Assembly (NCBI GenBank): GCA_039621445.1
Contig: CP154954.1
Location: forward strand, 7,938,634-8,002,633
Length of the DNA stretch: 64,000 bases
Direction: 5' to 3'
Source: Euglena gracilis
Lineage: Eukaryota
Part shown: in pieces, positions 1-14,700 of the stretch
How the letters are laid out: every line of letters begins with the position of its first letter
Position numbering within the stretch: the stretch's first letter is position 1
Notes under the pieces: generated by a model
The model's database searches: none
The model's input: only the letters and a program-made list of their open reading frames with translations
What the model was told of the DNA's origin: nothing
Made by a program: the position numbers and the translations under genes

Positions 1-1289
1 AATTTTAGGCCATTTTAGCTATGGGTTCCTGCATATGGGTCCCAAAATGGGTCAAAAAAAAACACCCGGCGCCAAAGGCGCCGGAAAAATTATTTCGGGT
101 CCAAAACTGCCCTGGAGGGGCAGTCCTTAAGGGGCAGTTAACTAAAAAAAAAAACCCGTCCCTGATGGACCGCCCTGACCCGTGCACCCACACCGGATAG
201 CCTCATGAACACTGACAAAATCATCCAACTTTTTCATGTGAGCAATACCAAACGCGTGCCCATGCAGTGTGCCGCCATACACATTGCTCAAAACCTTGTT
301 GCATGGATACAGAGTGGGTCACCTCGAAACGCGAAACTCGAAACCATCCATTTTTTTCATTGCAATTACTTTAAATTTCTGACCCTATTCAGGACATTTG
401 CGTGCCTGTTGGCCTTAAATGGCCTAAAATGGCCTCAAATGGGGAAATTTTGGGGCTTGACCATAGGTGCTTGCCAAGGTTGACTGCTTGTTTTTTTTTT
501 GAAACAAAAAAATGTTTTTTTTTAAATATGTGTTTAAAAAAAAGGCAACAAACAAAAGTCTGGAAAAATTTGAAAACGTCACTTTTTGATGACAAAAAAT
601 TACTTTAGACCTTTTTCCTCAAAAAATGGCCATTAAACTCCCTCAAACCCCCATTTTTCACACCTTCCAAAAAACCTTTGAGATTTTTTAGTCAAAATCA
701 ACATTTCTCAAAATTTTAATTTTGAGAGATTTTGGAAGCAAAAAAATGCCACTGAAAATCCAAAGAATTTCCAAGGGAAAAAATGTCAGTAAAATTTGAC
801 TGTTCCAAAATTGGTCCCATTTTTTTGACCTCATTTTTTGACCCCCCTCCTAAAAACTAACAGTTTTCATCCCTAAAATTTTGGTGATTTTTTTGGAGGA
901 AAATGTAATTTTCCATCAAAAAACCAACCATGCATTTTGGGTTCATTTTTCAACGTAATTTTCAAAAAAATTTCCCCTGCCAAAATCCCCTTTTCCTTAA
1001 TTTTTGGTTGAAGTGTATGAGGACAGGATTTTTAAGGTTTTTTAAGGTCATCACGGGGAAGAAAAAACTTCCCCGGGGTGATTTTTTAAGGTTTTTTAAG
1101 GTTTTTTAAAGTTTTTTAAGGCATTTTGGCAAAAAAAAATTTAAGGTTTTTTAAGGTTTTTTAAGGTTTTTTAAGGCGCCTTAAAAAATAATAATGCCTG
1201 CTTGCGAGGACAAGCAGCAATTCAATTCTACTTTGAGGTGCAGTTGGAGGGGGTTGGGGTGAGGATTCTCTGGGGCAGCATACTCTCTC

Positions 1290-4200
1290 CAGAATGCGGT
1301 GTCCCGGCGGATGTGGTTGCAGCGAGCCGTTTGGACCCAAAAGCAGTGGCTGGGCGTCGTGCCTGGTGCCCATCCATTCGTTGCAGGGGCCGAGATAGCA
1401 GCGTGCACACCGCGGAACCCTCCACTTCTCGGAAACCCCACAGAATGCGGTGTCCCGGCGGATGTGGTTGCAGCGAGCCGTTTGGACCCAAAAGCAGTGG
1501 CTGGGCGTCGTATCTGGTGCCCATCCATTCGTTGCAGGGGCCGAGATAGCAGCGTGCACAGCGCGGAACCCTCCACTTCTCCACATTTATCCTGCCTGGT
1601 TTTTCCCCCCGCTTTGCGGTTTGTGTGACAAGAGTTACGCCGGTTATGGGGTGGGAAAATGCACGCACCAAACCGATTTTTGAGCATGCCCCACGCAGCT
1701 TGCCAATGCACTTCAATCTGCAGCTCATTCTCGACGATGATGCCATGGCAATTCTGCCAACACCAGTGTTTGTTATTAATAGTTTGGCCACCGGTAGGGA
1801 CAGAGGGAAAGGTGGCGGGCCCGCTGGGGGAGATTTTGGGTCGCCCAGATTCAGGGAAAGCCAGCCCCGAGGGTTGTCAGCGGGAGTGGCTGCGAGGACA
1901 AGCAGCAAGTCAATTCTATTATGGGGTGCAGTAGAAGGGGGTTGGGGTGAGGATTCTCTGGGACAGCATACTCTTCAGAATGCGGTGTCCCGGCGGATGT
2001 GGTTGCGGCGAGCCGTTTGGACCCAAAAGCAGTGGCTGGGCGTCGTGTCTGGTGCCCATTCATTCGTTGCAGGGGCCGAGATAGCAGCGTGCACACCGCG
2101 GAACCCTCCACTTCTCGGAAAACCCCACAGAATGCGGTGTCCCGGCGGATGTGGTTGCGGCGAGCCGTTTGGACCCAAAAGCAGTGGCTGGGCGTCGTGC
2201 CTGGTGCCCATCCATTCGTTGCAGGGGCCGAGATAGCAGCGTGCACACCGCGGAACCCTCCACTGCTCGAAAACCCCACAGAATGCGGTGTCCCGGCGGA
2301 TGTGGTTGCAGCGAGCCGTTTGGACCCAAAAGCAGTGGCTGGGCGTCGTGTCTGGTGCCCATCCATTCGTTGCAGGGGCCGAGATAGCAGCGTGCACACC
2401 GCGGAACCCTCCACTTCTCGGAAACCCCACAGAATGCGGTGTCCTGACGGATGTGGTTGCGGCGAGCCGTTTGGACCCAAAAGCAGTGGCTGGGCGTCGT
2501 GTCTGGTGCCCATCCATTCGTTGCAGGGGCCGAGATAGCAGCGTGCACACCGCGGAACCCTCCACTTCTCGGAAACCCCACAGAATGCGGTGTCCCGGCG
2601 GATGTGGCTGCAGCGAGCCGTTTGGACCCAAAAGCAGTGGCTGGGCGTCGTGCCTGGTGCCCATCCATTCGTTGCAGGGGCCGAGATAGCAGCGTGCACA
2701 CCGCGGAACCCTCCACTGCTCGAAAACCCCACAGAATGCGGTGTCCCGGCGGATGTGGTTGCAGCGAGCCGTTTGGACCCAAAAGCAGTGGCTGGGCGTC
2801 GTGTCTGGTGCCCATCCATTCGTTGCAGGGGCCGAGATAGCAGCGTGCACACCGCGGAACCCTCCACTTCTCGGAAACCCCACAGAATGCGGTGTCCTGA
2901 CGGATGTGGTTGCGGCGAGCCGTTTGGACCCAAAAGCAGTGGCTGGGCGTCGTGTCTGGTGCCCATCCATTCGTTGCAGGGGCCGAGATAGCAGCGTGCA
3001 CACCGCGGAACCCTCCACTTCTCGGAAACCCCACAGAATGCGGTGTCCCGGCGGATGTGGCTGCAGCGAGCCGTTTGGACCCAAAAGCAGTGGCTGGGCG
3101 TCGTGTCTGGTGCCCATCCATTCGTTGTAGGGGCCGAGATAGCAGCGTGCACACCGCGAAACCCTCCAATGCTCGAAAACCCCACAGAATGCGGTGTCCC
3201 GGCGGATGTGGTTGCAGCGAGCCGTTTGGACCCAAAAGCAGTGGCTGGGCGTCGTGTCTGGTGCACATCCATTTGTTGCAGGGGCCTAGATAGCAGCGTG
3301 CACAGCGCGGAACCCTCCACTTCTCCACATTTATCCTGCCTGGTTTTTCCCCCCGCTTTGCGGTTTGTGTGACAAGAGTTACGCCGGTTATGGGGTGGGA
3401 AAATGCACGCACCAAACCGATTTTTGAGCATGCCCCACGCAGCTTGCCAATGCACTTCAATCTGCAGCTCATTCTCGACGATGATGCCATGGCAATTCTG
3501 CCAACACCAGTGTTTGTTATTAATAGTTTGGCCACCGGTAGGGACAGAGGGAAAGGTGGCGGGCCCGCTGGGGGAGATTTTGGGTCGCCCAGATTCAGGG
3601 AAAGCCAGCCCCGAGGGTTGTCAGCGGGAGTGGCTGCGAGGACAAGCAGCAAGTCAATTCTATTATGGGGTGCAGTAGAAGGGGGTTGGGGTGAGGATTC
3701 TCTGGGACAGCATACTCTTCAGAATGCGGTGTCCCGGCGGATGTGGTTGCGGCGAGCCGTTTGGACCCAAAAGCAGTGGCTGGGCGTCGTGTCTGGTGCC
3801 CATCCATTCGTTGCAGGGGCCGAGATAGCAGCGTGCACACCGCGGAAACCCTCCACTTCTCGGAAAACCCCACAGAATGCGGTGTCCCGGCGGATGTGGT
3901 TGCGGCGAGCCGTTTGGACCCAAAAGCAGTGGCTGGGCGTCGTGCCTGGTGCCCATCCATTCGTTGCAGGGGCCGAGATAGCAGCGTGCACACCGCGGAA
4001 CCCTCCACTGCTCGAAAACCCCACAGAATGCGGTGTCCCGGCGGATGTGGTTGCAGCGAGCCGTTTGGACCCAAAAGCAGTGGCTGGGCGTCGTGTCTGG
4101 TGCCCATCCATTCGTTGCAGGGGCCGAGATAGCAGCGTGCACACCGCGGAACCCTCCACTTCTCGGAAACCCCACAGAATGCGGTGTCCTGACGGATGTG

Positions 4201-7200
4201 GTTGCGGCGAGCCGTTTGGACCCAAAAGCAGTGGCTGGGCGTCGTGTCTGGTGCCCATCCATTCGTTGCAGGGGCCGAGATAGCAGCGTGCACACCGCGG
4301 AACCCTCCACTTCTCGGAAACCCCACAGAATGCGGTGTCCTGACGGATGTGGTTGCGGCGAGCCGTTTGGACCCAAAAGCAGTGGCTGGGCGTCGTGTCT
4401 GGTGCCCATCCATTCGTTGTAGGGGCCGAGATAGCAGCGTGCACACCGCGGAACCCTCCACTTCTCGGAAACCCCACAGAATGCGGTGTCCCGGCGGATG
4501 TGGCTGCAGCGAGCCGTTTGGACCCAAAAGCAGTGGCTGGGCGTCGTGTCTGGTGCCCATCCATTCGTTGTAGGGGCCGAGATAGCAGCGTGCACACCGC
4601 GAAACCCTCCAATGCTCGAAAACCCCACAGAATGCGGTGTCCCGGCGGATGTGGTTGCAGCGAGCCGTTTGGACCCAAAAGCAGTGGCTGGGCGTCGTGT
4701 CTGGTGCACATCCATTTGTTGCAGGGGCCTAGATAGCAGCGTGCACAGCGCGGAACCCTCCACTTCTCCACATTTATCCTGCCTGGTTTTTCCCCCCGCT
4801 TTGCGGTTTGTGTGACAAGAGTTACGCCGGTTATGGGGTGGGAAAATGCACGCACCAAACCGATTTTTGAGCATGCCCCACGCAGCTTGCCAATGCACTT
4901 CAATCTGCAGCTCATTCTCGACGATGATGCCATGGCAATTCTGCCAACACCAGTGTTTGTTATTAATAGTTTGGCCACCGGTAGGGACAGAGGGAAAGGT
5001 GGCGGGCCCGCTGGGGGAGATTTTGGGTCGCCCAGATTCAGGGAAAGCCAGCCCCGAGGGTTGTCAGCGGGAGTGGCTGCGAGGACAAGCAGCAAGTCAA
5101 TTCTATTATGGGGTGCAGTAGAAGGGGGTTGGGGTGAGGATTCTCTGGGACAGCATACTCTTCAGAATGCGGTGTCCCGGCGGATGTGGTTGCGGCGAGC
5201 CGTTTGGACCCAAAAGCAGTGGCTGGGCGTCGTGTCTGGTGCCCATCCATTCGTTGCAGGGGCCGAGATAGCAGCGTGCACACCGCGGAACCCTCCACTT
5301 CTCGGAAAACCCCACAGAATGCGGTGTCCCGGCGGATGTGGTTGCGGCGAGCCGTTTGGACCCAAAAGCAGTGGCTGGGCGTCGTGCCTGGTGCCCATCC
5401 ATTCGTTGCAGGGGCCGAGATAGCAGCGTGCACACCGCGGAACCCTCCACTGCTCGAAAACCCCACAGAATGCGGTGTCCCGGCGGATGTGGTTGCAGCG
5501 AGCCGTTTGGACCCAAAAGCAGTGGCTGGGCGTCGTGTCTGGTGCCCATCCATTCGTTGCAGGGGCCGAGATAGCAGCGTGCACACCGCGGAACCCTCCA
5601 CTTCTCGGAAACCCCACAGAATGCGGTGTCCCGGCGGATGTGGTTGCGGCGAGCCGTTTGGACCCAAAAGCAGTGGCTGGGCGTCGTGCCTGGTGCCCAT
5701 CCATTCGTTGCAGGGGCCGAGATAGCAGCGTGCACACCGCGGAACCCTCCACTGCTCGAAAACCCCACAGAATGCGGTGTCCCGGCGGATGTGGTTGCAG
5801 CGAGCCGTTTGGACCCAAAAGCAGTGGCTGGGCGTCGTGTCTGGTGCCCATCCATTCGTTGCAGGGGCCGAGATAGCAGCGTGCACAGCGCGGAACCCTC
5901 CACTTCTCGGAAACCCCACAGAATGCGGTGTCCTGACGGATGTGGTTGCGGCGAGCCGTTTGGACCCAAAAGCAGTGGCTGGGCGTCGTGTCTGGTGCCC
6001 ATCCATTCGTTGCAGGGGCCGAGATAGCAGCGTGCACACCGCGGAACCCTCCACTTCTCGGAAACCCCACAGAATGCGGTGTCCTGACGGATGTGGTTGT
6101 GGCGAGCCGTTTGGACCCAAAAGCAGTGGCTGGGCGTCGTGTCTGGTGCCCATCCATTCGTTGTAGGGGCCGAGATAGCAGCGTGCACACCGCGGAACCC
6201 TCCACTTCTCGGAAACCCCACAGAATGCGGTGTCCCGGCGGATGTGGCTGCAGCGAGCCGTTTGGACCCAAAAGCAGTGGCTGGGCGTCGTGTCTGGTGC
6301 CCATCCATTCGTTGTAGGGGCCGAGATAGCAGCGTGCACACCGCGAAACCCTCCAATGCTCGAAAACCCCACAGAATGCGGTGTCCCGGCGGATGTGGTT
6401 GCAGCGAGCCGTTTGGACCCAAAAGCAGTGGCTGGGCGTCGTGTCTGGTGCACATCCATTTGTTGCAGGGGCCTAGATAGCAGCGTGCACAGCGCGGAAC
6501 CCTCCACTTCTCGGAAACCCCACAGCACGCGGTGTCCCGGCGGATGTGGTTGCAGCGAGCCGTTTGGACCCAAAAGCAGTGGCTGGGCGTCGTGTCTGGT
6601 GCCCATCCATTCGTTACAGGGGCCGAGATAGCAGCGTGCACAGCGCGGAACCCTCCACTTCTCGGAAACCCCACAGCACGCGGTGTCCCGGCGGATGTGG
6701 TTGCAGCGAGCCGTTTGGACCCAAAAGCAGTGGCTGGGCGTCGTGTCTGGTGCCCATCCATTCGTTGCAGGGGCCGAGATAGCAGCGTGCACACCGCGGA
6801 ACCCTCCACTTCTTGGAAACCCCACAGAATGCGGTGTCCTGGCGGATGTGGTTGCAGCGAGCCGTTTGGACCCAAAAGCAGTGGCTGGGCGTCGTGTCTG
6901 GTGCCCATTCATTCGTTGCAGGGGCCGAGATAGCAGCGTGCACACTGCGGAACCCTCCACTTCTCGGAAAACCCCACAGAATGCGGTGTCCCGGCGGATG
7001 TGGTTGCGGCGAGCCGTTTGGACCCAAAAGCAGTGGCTGGGCGTCGTGCCTGGTGCCCATCCATTCGTTGCAGGGGCCGAGATAGCAGCGTGCACACCGC
7101 GGAACCCTCCACTGCTCGAAAACCCCACAGAATGCGGTGTCCCGGCGGATGTGGTTGCGGCGAGCCGTTTGGACCCAAAAGCAGTGGCTGGGCGTCGTGT

Positions 7201-10200
7201 CTGGTGCCCATCCATTCGTTGCAGGGGCCGAGATAGCAGCGTGCACAGCGCGGAACCCTCTACTTCTCGGAAACCCCACAGAATGCGGTGTCCTGACGGA
7301 TGTGGTTGCAGCAGGCCGTTTGGACGTAAAGTCAGTGGCTGGGCGTCGTGTCTGGTGCCCATCCATTCGTTGCAGGGGCCGAGATAGCAGCGTGCACACC
7401 GCGGAACCCTCCACTTCTCGGAAACCCCACAGAATGCGGTGTCCTGACGGATGTGGTTGCGGCGAGCCGTTTGGACCCAAAAGCAGTGGCTGGGCGTCGT
7501 GTCTGGTGCCCATCCATTCGTTGTAGGGGCCGAGATAGCAGCGTGCACACCGCGGAACCCTCCACTTCTCGGAAACCCCACAGAATGCGGTGTCCCGGCG
7601 GATGTGGCTGCAGCGAGCCGTTTGGACCCAAAAGCAGTGGCTGGGCGTCGTGTCTGGTGCCCATCCATTCGTTGTAGGGGCCGAGATAGCAGCGTGCACA
7701 CCGCGAAACCCTCCAATGCTCGAAAACCCCACAGAATGCGGTGTCCCGGCGGATGTGGTTGCAGCGAGCCGTTTGGACCCAAAAGCAGTGGCTGGGCGTC
7801 GTGTCTGGTGCACATCCATTTGTTGCAGGGGCCTAGATAGCAGCGTGCACAGCGCGGAACTCTCCACTTCTCGGAAAACCCAAACAACAAAAAAAAACCA
7901 AAAAAAAAGCCAGCAACGCGGTGTTCCCGGCCTTTTTGGTGGGTTAAGGGTAGTTTTAGAATCTCCTCTATTGTGGTTTGGTTTGTCCCGCGGATGTGGT
8001 TGCAGCGAGCCGTTTGGACCCAAAAGCAGTGGCTGGGCGTCGTGTCTGGTGCCCATCCATTCGTTGCAGGGGCCGAGATAGCAGCGTGCACACCGCGGAA
8101 CCCTCCACTTCTTGGAAACCCCACAGAAGGCGGTGTCCTGGCGGATGTGGTTGCAGCGAGCCGTTTGGACCCAAAAGCAGTGGCTGGGCGTCGTGTCTGG
8201 TGCCCATCCATTCGTTGCAGGGGCCGAGATAGCAGCGTGCACACTGCGGAACCCTCCACTTCTCGGAAAACCCCACAGAATGCGGTGTCCCGGCGGATGT
8301 GGTTGCGGCGAGCCGTTTGGACCCAAAAGCAGTGGCTGGGCGTCGTGCCTGGTGCCCATCCATTCGTTGCAGGGGCCGAGATAGCAGCGTTCACACCGCG
8401 GAACTCTCCACTGCTCGAAAACCCCACAGAATGCGGTGTCCCGGCGGATGTGGTTGCAGCGAGCCGTTTGGACCCAAAAGCAGTGGCTGGGCGTCGTGTC
8501 TGGTGCCCATCCATTCGTTGCAGGGGCCAAGATAGCAGCGTGCACACCGCGGAACCCTCCACTTCTCGGAAACCCCACAGAATGCGGTGTCCCGGCGGAT
8601 GTGGTTGCGGCGAGCCGTTTGAACCCAAAAGCAGTGGCTGGGCGTCGTGTCTGGTGCCCATCCATTCGTTGTAGGGGCCGAGATAGCAGCGTGCACACCG
8701 CGAAACCCTCCAATGCTCGAAAACCCCACAGAATGCGGTGTCCCGGCGGATGTGGTTGCGGCGAGCCGTTTGGACCTAAAAGCAGTGGCTGGGCGTCGTG
8801 TCTGGTGCCCATCCATTCGTTGCAGGGGCCGAGATAGCAGCGTGCACAGCGCGGAACCCTCCACTTCTCGGAAACCCCACAGCACGTGGTGTCCCGGCGG
8901 ATGTGGTTGCGGCGAGCCGTTTGGACCCAAAAGCAGTGGCTGGGCGTCGTGTCTGGTGCCCATCCATTCGTTGCAGGGGCCGAGATAGCAGCGTGCACAG
9001 CGCGGAACCCTCCACTGCTCGGAAACCCCACAGAAGGCGGTGTCCCGGCGCATATGGTTGCGGCGAGCCGTTTGGACCCAAAAGCAGTGGCTGGGCGTCG
9101 TGTCTGGTGCCCATCCATTCGTTGTAGGGGCCGAGATAGCAGCGTGCACACCGCGAAACCCTCCAATGCTCGAAAACCCCACAGAATGCGGTGTCCCGGC
9201 GGATGTGGTTGCAGCGAGCCGTTTGGACCTAAAAGCAGTGGCTGGGCGTCGTGTCTGGTGCCCATCCATTCGTTGTAGGGGCCGAGATAGCAGCGTGCAC
9301 ACCGCGAAACCCTCCAATGCTCGAAAACCCCACAGAATGCGGTGTCCCGGCGGATGTGGTTGCGGCGAGCCGTTTGGACCCAAAAGCAGTGGCTGGGCGT
9401 CGTGTCTGGTGCCCATCCATTCGTTGTAGGGGCCGAGATAGCAGCGTGCACACCGCGAAACCGTCCAATGCTCGAAAACCCCACAGAATGCGGTGTCCCG
9501 GCGGATGTGGTTGCGGCGAGCCGTTTGGACCCAAAAGCAGTGGCTGGGCGTCGTGTCTGGTGCCCATCCATTCGTTGCAGGGGCCGAGATAGCAGCGTGC
9601 ACACCGCGGAACCCTCCACTTCTCGGAAACCCCACAGAATGCGGTGTCCCGGCGGATGTGGCTGCAGCGAGCCGTTTGGACCCAAAAGCAGTGGCTGGGC
9701 GTCGTGTCTGGTGCCCATCCATTCGTTGTAGGGGCCGAGATAGCAGCGTGCACACCGCGAAACCCTCCAATGCTCGAAAACCCCACAGAATGCGGTGTCC
9801 CGGCGGATGTGGTTGCAGCGAGCCGTTTGGACCTAAAAGCAGTGGCTGGGCGTCGTGTCTGGTGCCCATCCATTCGTTGCAGGGGCCGAGATAGCAGCGT
9901 GCACACCGCGGAACCCTCCACTTCTCGGAAACCCCACAGAATGCGGTGTCCCGGCGGATGTGGTTGCAGCGAGCCGTTTGGACCCAAAAGCAGTGGCTGG
10001 GCGTCGTGTCTGGTGCACATCCATTTGTTGCAGGGGCCTAGATAGCAGCGTGCACAGCGCGGAACCCTCCACTTCTCGGAAACCCCACAGCATGCGGTGT
10101 CCCGGCGGATGTGGTTGCGGCGAGCCGTCTGGACCCAAAAGCAGTGGCTGGGCGTCGTGTCTGGTGCCCATCCATTCGTTGCAGGGGCCGAGATAGCAGC

Positions 10201-11711
10201 GTGCACACCGCGGAACCCTCCACTTCTTGGAAACCCCACAGAATGCGGTGTCCTGGCAGATGTGGTTGCAGCGAGCCGTTTGGACCCAAAAGCAGTGGCT
10301 GGGCGTCGTGTCTGGTGCCCATCCATTCGTTGCAGGGGCCGAGATAGCAGCGTGCACACTGCGGAACCCTCCACTTCTCGGAAAACCCCACAGAATGCGG
10401 TGTCCCGGCGGATGTGGTTGCGGCGAGCCGTTTGGACCCAAAAGCAGTGGCTGGGCGTCGTGCCTGGTGCCCATCCATTCGTTGCAGGGGCCAAGATTGC
10501 AGCGTGCACAGCGCGGAACCCTCCACTTCTCGGAAACCCCACAGAATGTGGTGTCCCGGCGGATGTAGTTGCGGCGAGCCGTTTGGACCCAAAAGCAGTG
10601 GCTGGGCGTCGTGTCTGGTGCCCATCCATTCGTTGCAGGGGCCGAGATAGCAGCGTGCACACCGCGGAACCCTCCACTTCTCGGAAACCCCACAGAATGC
10701 GGTGTCCCGGCGGATGTGGCTGCAGCGAGCCGTTTGGACCCAAAAGCAGTGGCTGGGCGTCGTGTCTGGTGCCCATCCATTCGTTGCAGGGGCCGAGATA
10801 GCAGCGTGCACAGCGCGGAACCCTCCACTTCTCGGAAACCCCACAGAATGCGGTGTCCCGGCGGATGTGGTTGCAGCGAGCCGTTTGGACCCAAAAGCAG
10901 TGGCTGGGCGTCGTGTGTGGTGCACATCCATTTGTTGCAGGGGCCTAGATAGCAGCGTGCACAGCGCGGAACCCTCCACTTCTCGGAAACCCCACAGCAC
11001 GCGGTGTCCCGGCGGATGTGGTTGCGGCGAGCCGTCTGGACCCAAAAGCAGTGGCTGGGCGTCGTGTCTGGTGCCCATCCATTCGTTGCAGGGGCCGAGA
11101 TAGCAGCGTGCACACCGCGGAACCCTCCACTTCTCGGAAACCCCACAGCATGCGGTGTCCCGGCGTATGTGGTTGCGGCGAACCGTTTGGACCCAAAAGC
11201 AGTGGCTGGGTGTCGTGTCTGGTGCCCATCCATTCGTTGCAGGTGCCGAGATAGCAGCGTGCACACCGCGGAACCCTCCACTTCTCGGAAACCCCACAGC
11301 ATGCGGTGTCCCGGCGGATGTGGTTGCGGCGAGCCGTTTGGACCCAAAAGCAGTGGCTGGGCGTCGTGCCTGGTGCCCATCCATTCGTTGCAGGGGCCGT
11401 GATAGCAGCGTGCACAGCGCGGAACCCTCCACTGCTCGGAAACCCCACAGAAGGCGGTGTTGTGGCGCATATGGTTGCGGCGAGCCGTTTGGACCCAAAA
11501 GCAGTGGCTGGGCGTCGTGTCTGGTGCCCATCCATTCGTTGCAGGGGCCGAGATAGCAGCGTGCACAGCGCGGAACCCTCCACTTCTCGGAAACCCCACA
11601 GCATGCGGTGTCCCGGCGGATGTAGTTGCGGCGAGCCGTTTGGACCCAAAAGCAGTGGCTGGGCGTCGTGTCTGGTGCCCATCCATTCGTTGTAGAGGCC
11701 GAGATAGCAGC
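1290..11711. repeat. 151-bp tandem satellite, roughly 60 copies, with interspersed ~394-bp spacer units
   Basis: Monomer CAGAATGCGGTGTCCCGGCGGATGTGG...CTCGGAAACCCCA recurs every 151-152 nt; spacer copies at ~1582-1975, 3326-3719, 4769-5162. Confidence 0.97.
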
Positions 11712-14700
11712 CAGGGATTTTTTTAAGTGTGGACCCCCGGGGGGGGGGGGGGGGGGGGGAGGGGGGGGGGGGCCGCCGGACCCTTCCCCCCCCCCGGGGG
11801 GGGTCCCCCCCGGAGGGGGTGGGATATACTTTTCGGCGCCGCAGGCGCCGAAAAAATTCTATTTTTAGCACATTTTCGCGATTTTTCGGCCATTTTTTGT
11901 GGGTCCCCCGGGACCCCCTACCCCCCGGGGATTTGGATTTGGATTTGAAGCGCCCCACTTGACTGCAATGCCCAAGGTCGACAGGGCCTCTATGGTCCTG
12001 CCTCCAAGGGGCCTACCCGGGGCCGGTGTCGTGGGTGGATCTGGAAGCCAGGGGGTGGATGAGGGCGTGCCCGCTGGGGGGGCAGAGGCCGGGATGATAT
12101 GATGCAGGGATGAGGGCGTGCCCGCTGGGGGGCAGGGGCCGGGATGATATGATGGATGGATGAGGGCGTGCCCGCTGGGGGGCAGGGGCCGGGATGATAT
12201 GATGGATGGATGAGGGCGTGCCCGCTGGGGGGCAGGGGCCGGGATGATATGATGGCTGGATTGGGGCGTCCCCGCTGGGGGGCAGGGGCCGGGATGATAT
12301 GATGGATGGATGAGGGCGTGCCCGCTGGGGGGCAGGGGCCGGGATGATATGATGGATGGATGAGGGCGTGCCCGCTGGGGGGCAGGGGCCGGGATGATAT
12401 GATGGATGGATGAGGGCGTGCCCGCTGGGGGGCAGAGGCCGGGATGAAATGATGGATGGATGAGGGCGTGCCCGCTGGGGGGCAGAGGCCGGGATGATAT
12501 GATGGATGGATGAGGGCGTGCCCGCTGGGGGGCAGGGGCCGGGATGAAATGATGGATGGATGAGGGCGTACCCACTGGGGGGCAGGGGCCGGGATGATAT
12601 GATGGATGGATGAGGGCGTGCCCGCTGGGGGGCAGAGGCCGGGATGAAATGATGGATGGATGAGGGCGTGCCCGCTGAGGGGCAGGGGCCGGGATGATAT
12701 GATGGATGGATGAGGGCGTGCCCGCTGGGGGGCAGGGGCCGGGATGATATGATGGATGGATGAGGGCGTGCCCGCTGGGGGGCAGGGGCCGGGACGATAT
12801 GATGGATGGATGAGGGCGTGCCCGCTGAGGGGAAGGGGCCGGGATGAAATGATGGATGGATGAGGGCGTGCCCGCTGGGGGGCAGGGCCCGGGATGATAT
12901 GATGGATGGATGAGGGCGTGCCCGCTGGGGGGCAGAGGCCGGGATGAAATGATGGATGGATGAGGGCGTACCCGCTGGGGGGCAGGGGCCGGGATGAAAT
13001 GATGGATGGATGAGGGCGTGCCCGCTGGGGGGCAGAGGCCGGGATGAAATGATGGATGGATGAGGGCGTGCCCGCTGAGGGGCAGGGGCCGGGATGAAAT
13101 GATGGATGGATGAGGGCGTGCCCGCTGAGGGGCAGGGGCCGGGATGAAATGATGGATGGATGAGGGCGAGCCCGCAGGGGCGCAGAGGCCGGGATGATAT
13201 GGATGGATGCGGGCGTGCCCGCTGGGCGGCAGAGGCCGGGCTGAAATGATGGATGGATGAGGGCGTACCCGCTGGGGGGCAGGGGCCGGGATGATATGAT
13301 GGATGGATGAGGGCGTGCCCGCTGGGGGGCAGAGGCCGGGATGAAATGATGGATGGATGAGGGCGTGCCCGCTGGGGGGCAGGGGCCGGGATGATATGAT
13401 GGATGGATGAGGGCGTACCCGCTGAGGGGCAGGGGCCGGGATGAAATGATGGATGGATGAGGGCGTACCCGCTGAGGGGCAGGGGCCGGGATGATATGAT
13501 GGCTGGATTGGGGCGTGCCCGCTGGGGGGCAGAGGCCGGGATGAAATGATGGATGGATGAGGGCGTGCCCGCTGAGGGGCAGGGGCCGGGATGAAATGAT
13601 GGATGGATGAGGGCGTGCCCGCTGGGGGGCAGGGGCCGGGATGAAATGATGGCTGGATGAGGGCGTGCCCGCTGAGGGGCAGGGGCCGGGACGATATGAT
13701 GGATGGATGAGGGCGTACCCGCTGGGGGGCAGGGGCCGGGATGATATGATGGATGGATGAGGGCGTGCCCGCTGGGGGGCAGGCCGGGATGAAATGATGG
13801 ATGGATGAGGCCGTGCCCGCTGGGGTCAGGGGCCGGGATGATATGATGGATGGATGAGGGCGTGCCCGCTGAGGGGCAGGGGCCGGGATGATATGATGGC
13901 TGGATTGGGGCGTACCCGCTGAGGGGCAGAGGCCGGGACGATATGATGGATGGATGAGGGCGTGCCCGCTGAGGGGCAGGGGCCGGGATGAAATGATGGA
14001 TGGATGAGGGCGTGCCCGCTGAGGGGCAGGGGCCGGGATGAAATGATGGATGGATGAGGGCGTACCCGCTGGGGGGCAGAGGCCGGGATGAAATGATGGC
14101 TGGATGAGGGCGTGCCCGCTGGGGGGCAGGGGCCGGGATGATATGATGGATGGATGAGGGCGTACCCGCTGAGGGGCAGGGGCCGGGATGATATGATGGC
14201 TGGATGAGGGCGTGCCCGCTGGGGGGCAGGGGCCGGGATGATATGATGGATGGATGAGGGCGTGCCCGCTGGGGGGCAGAGGCCGGGATGATATGATGGA
14301 TGGATGAGGGCGTGCCCGCTGGGGGGCAGAGGCCGGGACGATATGATGGATGGATGAGGGCGTGCCCGCTGGGGGGCGGGGCCGGGATGAAATGATGGAT
14401 GGATGAGGGCGTGCCCGCTGGGGGGCAGGGGCCGGGATGATATGATGGATGGATGAGGGCGTGCCCGCTGGGGGGCAGGGGCCGGGATGATATGATGGCT
14501 GGATGAGGGCGTGCCCGCTGAGGGGCAGGGGCCGGGATGATATGATGGATGGATGAGGGCGTGCCCGCTGGGGGGCAGGGGCCGGGATGATATGATGGAT
14601 GGATGAGGGCGTGCCCGCTGGGGGGCAGGGGCCGGGATGATATGATGGATGGATGAGGGCGTGCCCGCTGGGGGGCAGGGGCCGGGATGATATGATGGAT

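Noticed and set aside
1029-1182. (TTTTTTAAGG)n as a telomere
   Set aside because: Short, internal and not TTAGGG; more likely subterminal repeats of a TIR element.
1655-1715. WQAAWGMLKNRFG in the spacer, resembling a Harbinger transposase motif
   Set aside because: Too short, with no supporting DDE motifs.
7880-7990. About 110-nt interruption of the 151-bp array
   Set aside because: Homopolymer-rich with no TIR or TSD; may be poor consensus.
1161-11958. Many long ORFs (up to 1207 aa) in the 151-bp array
   Set aside because: The monomer lacks stops on one strand and its length is not a multiple of 3, so the frames cycle through the same three peptides; no domain or splice evidence.
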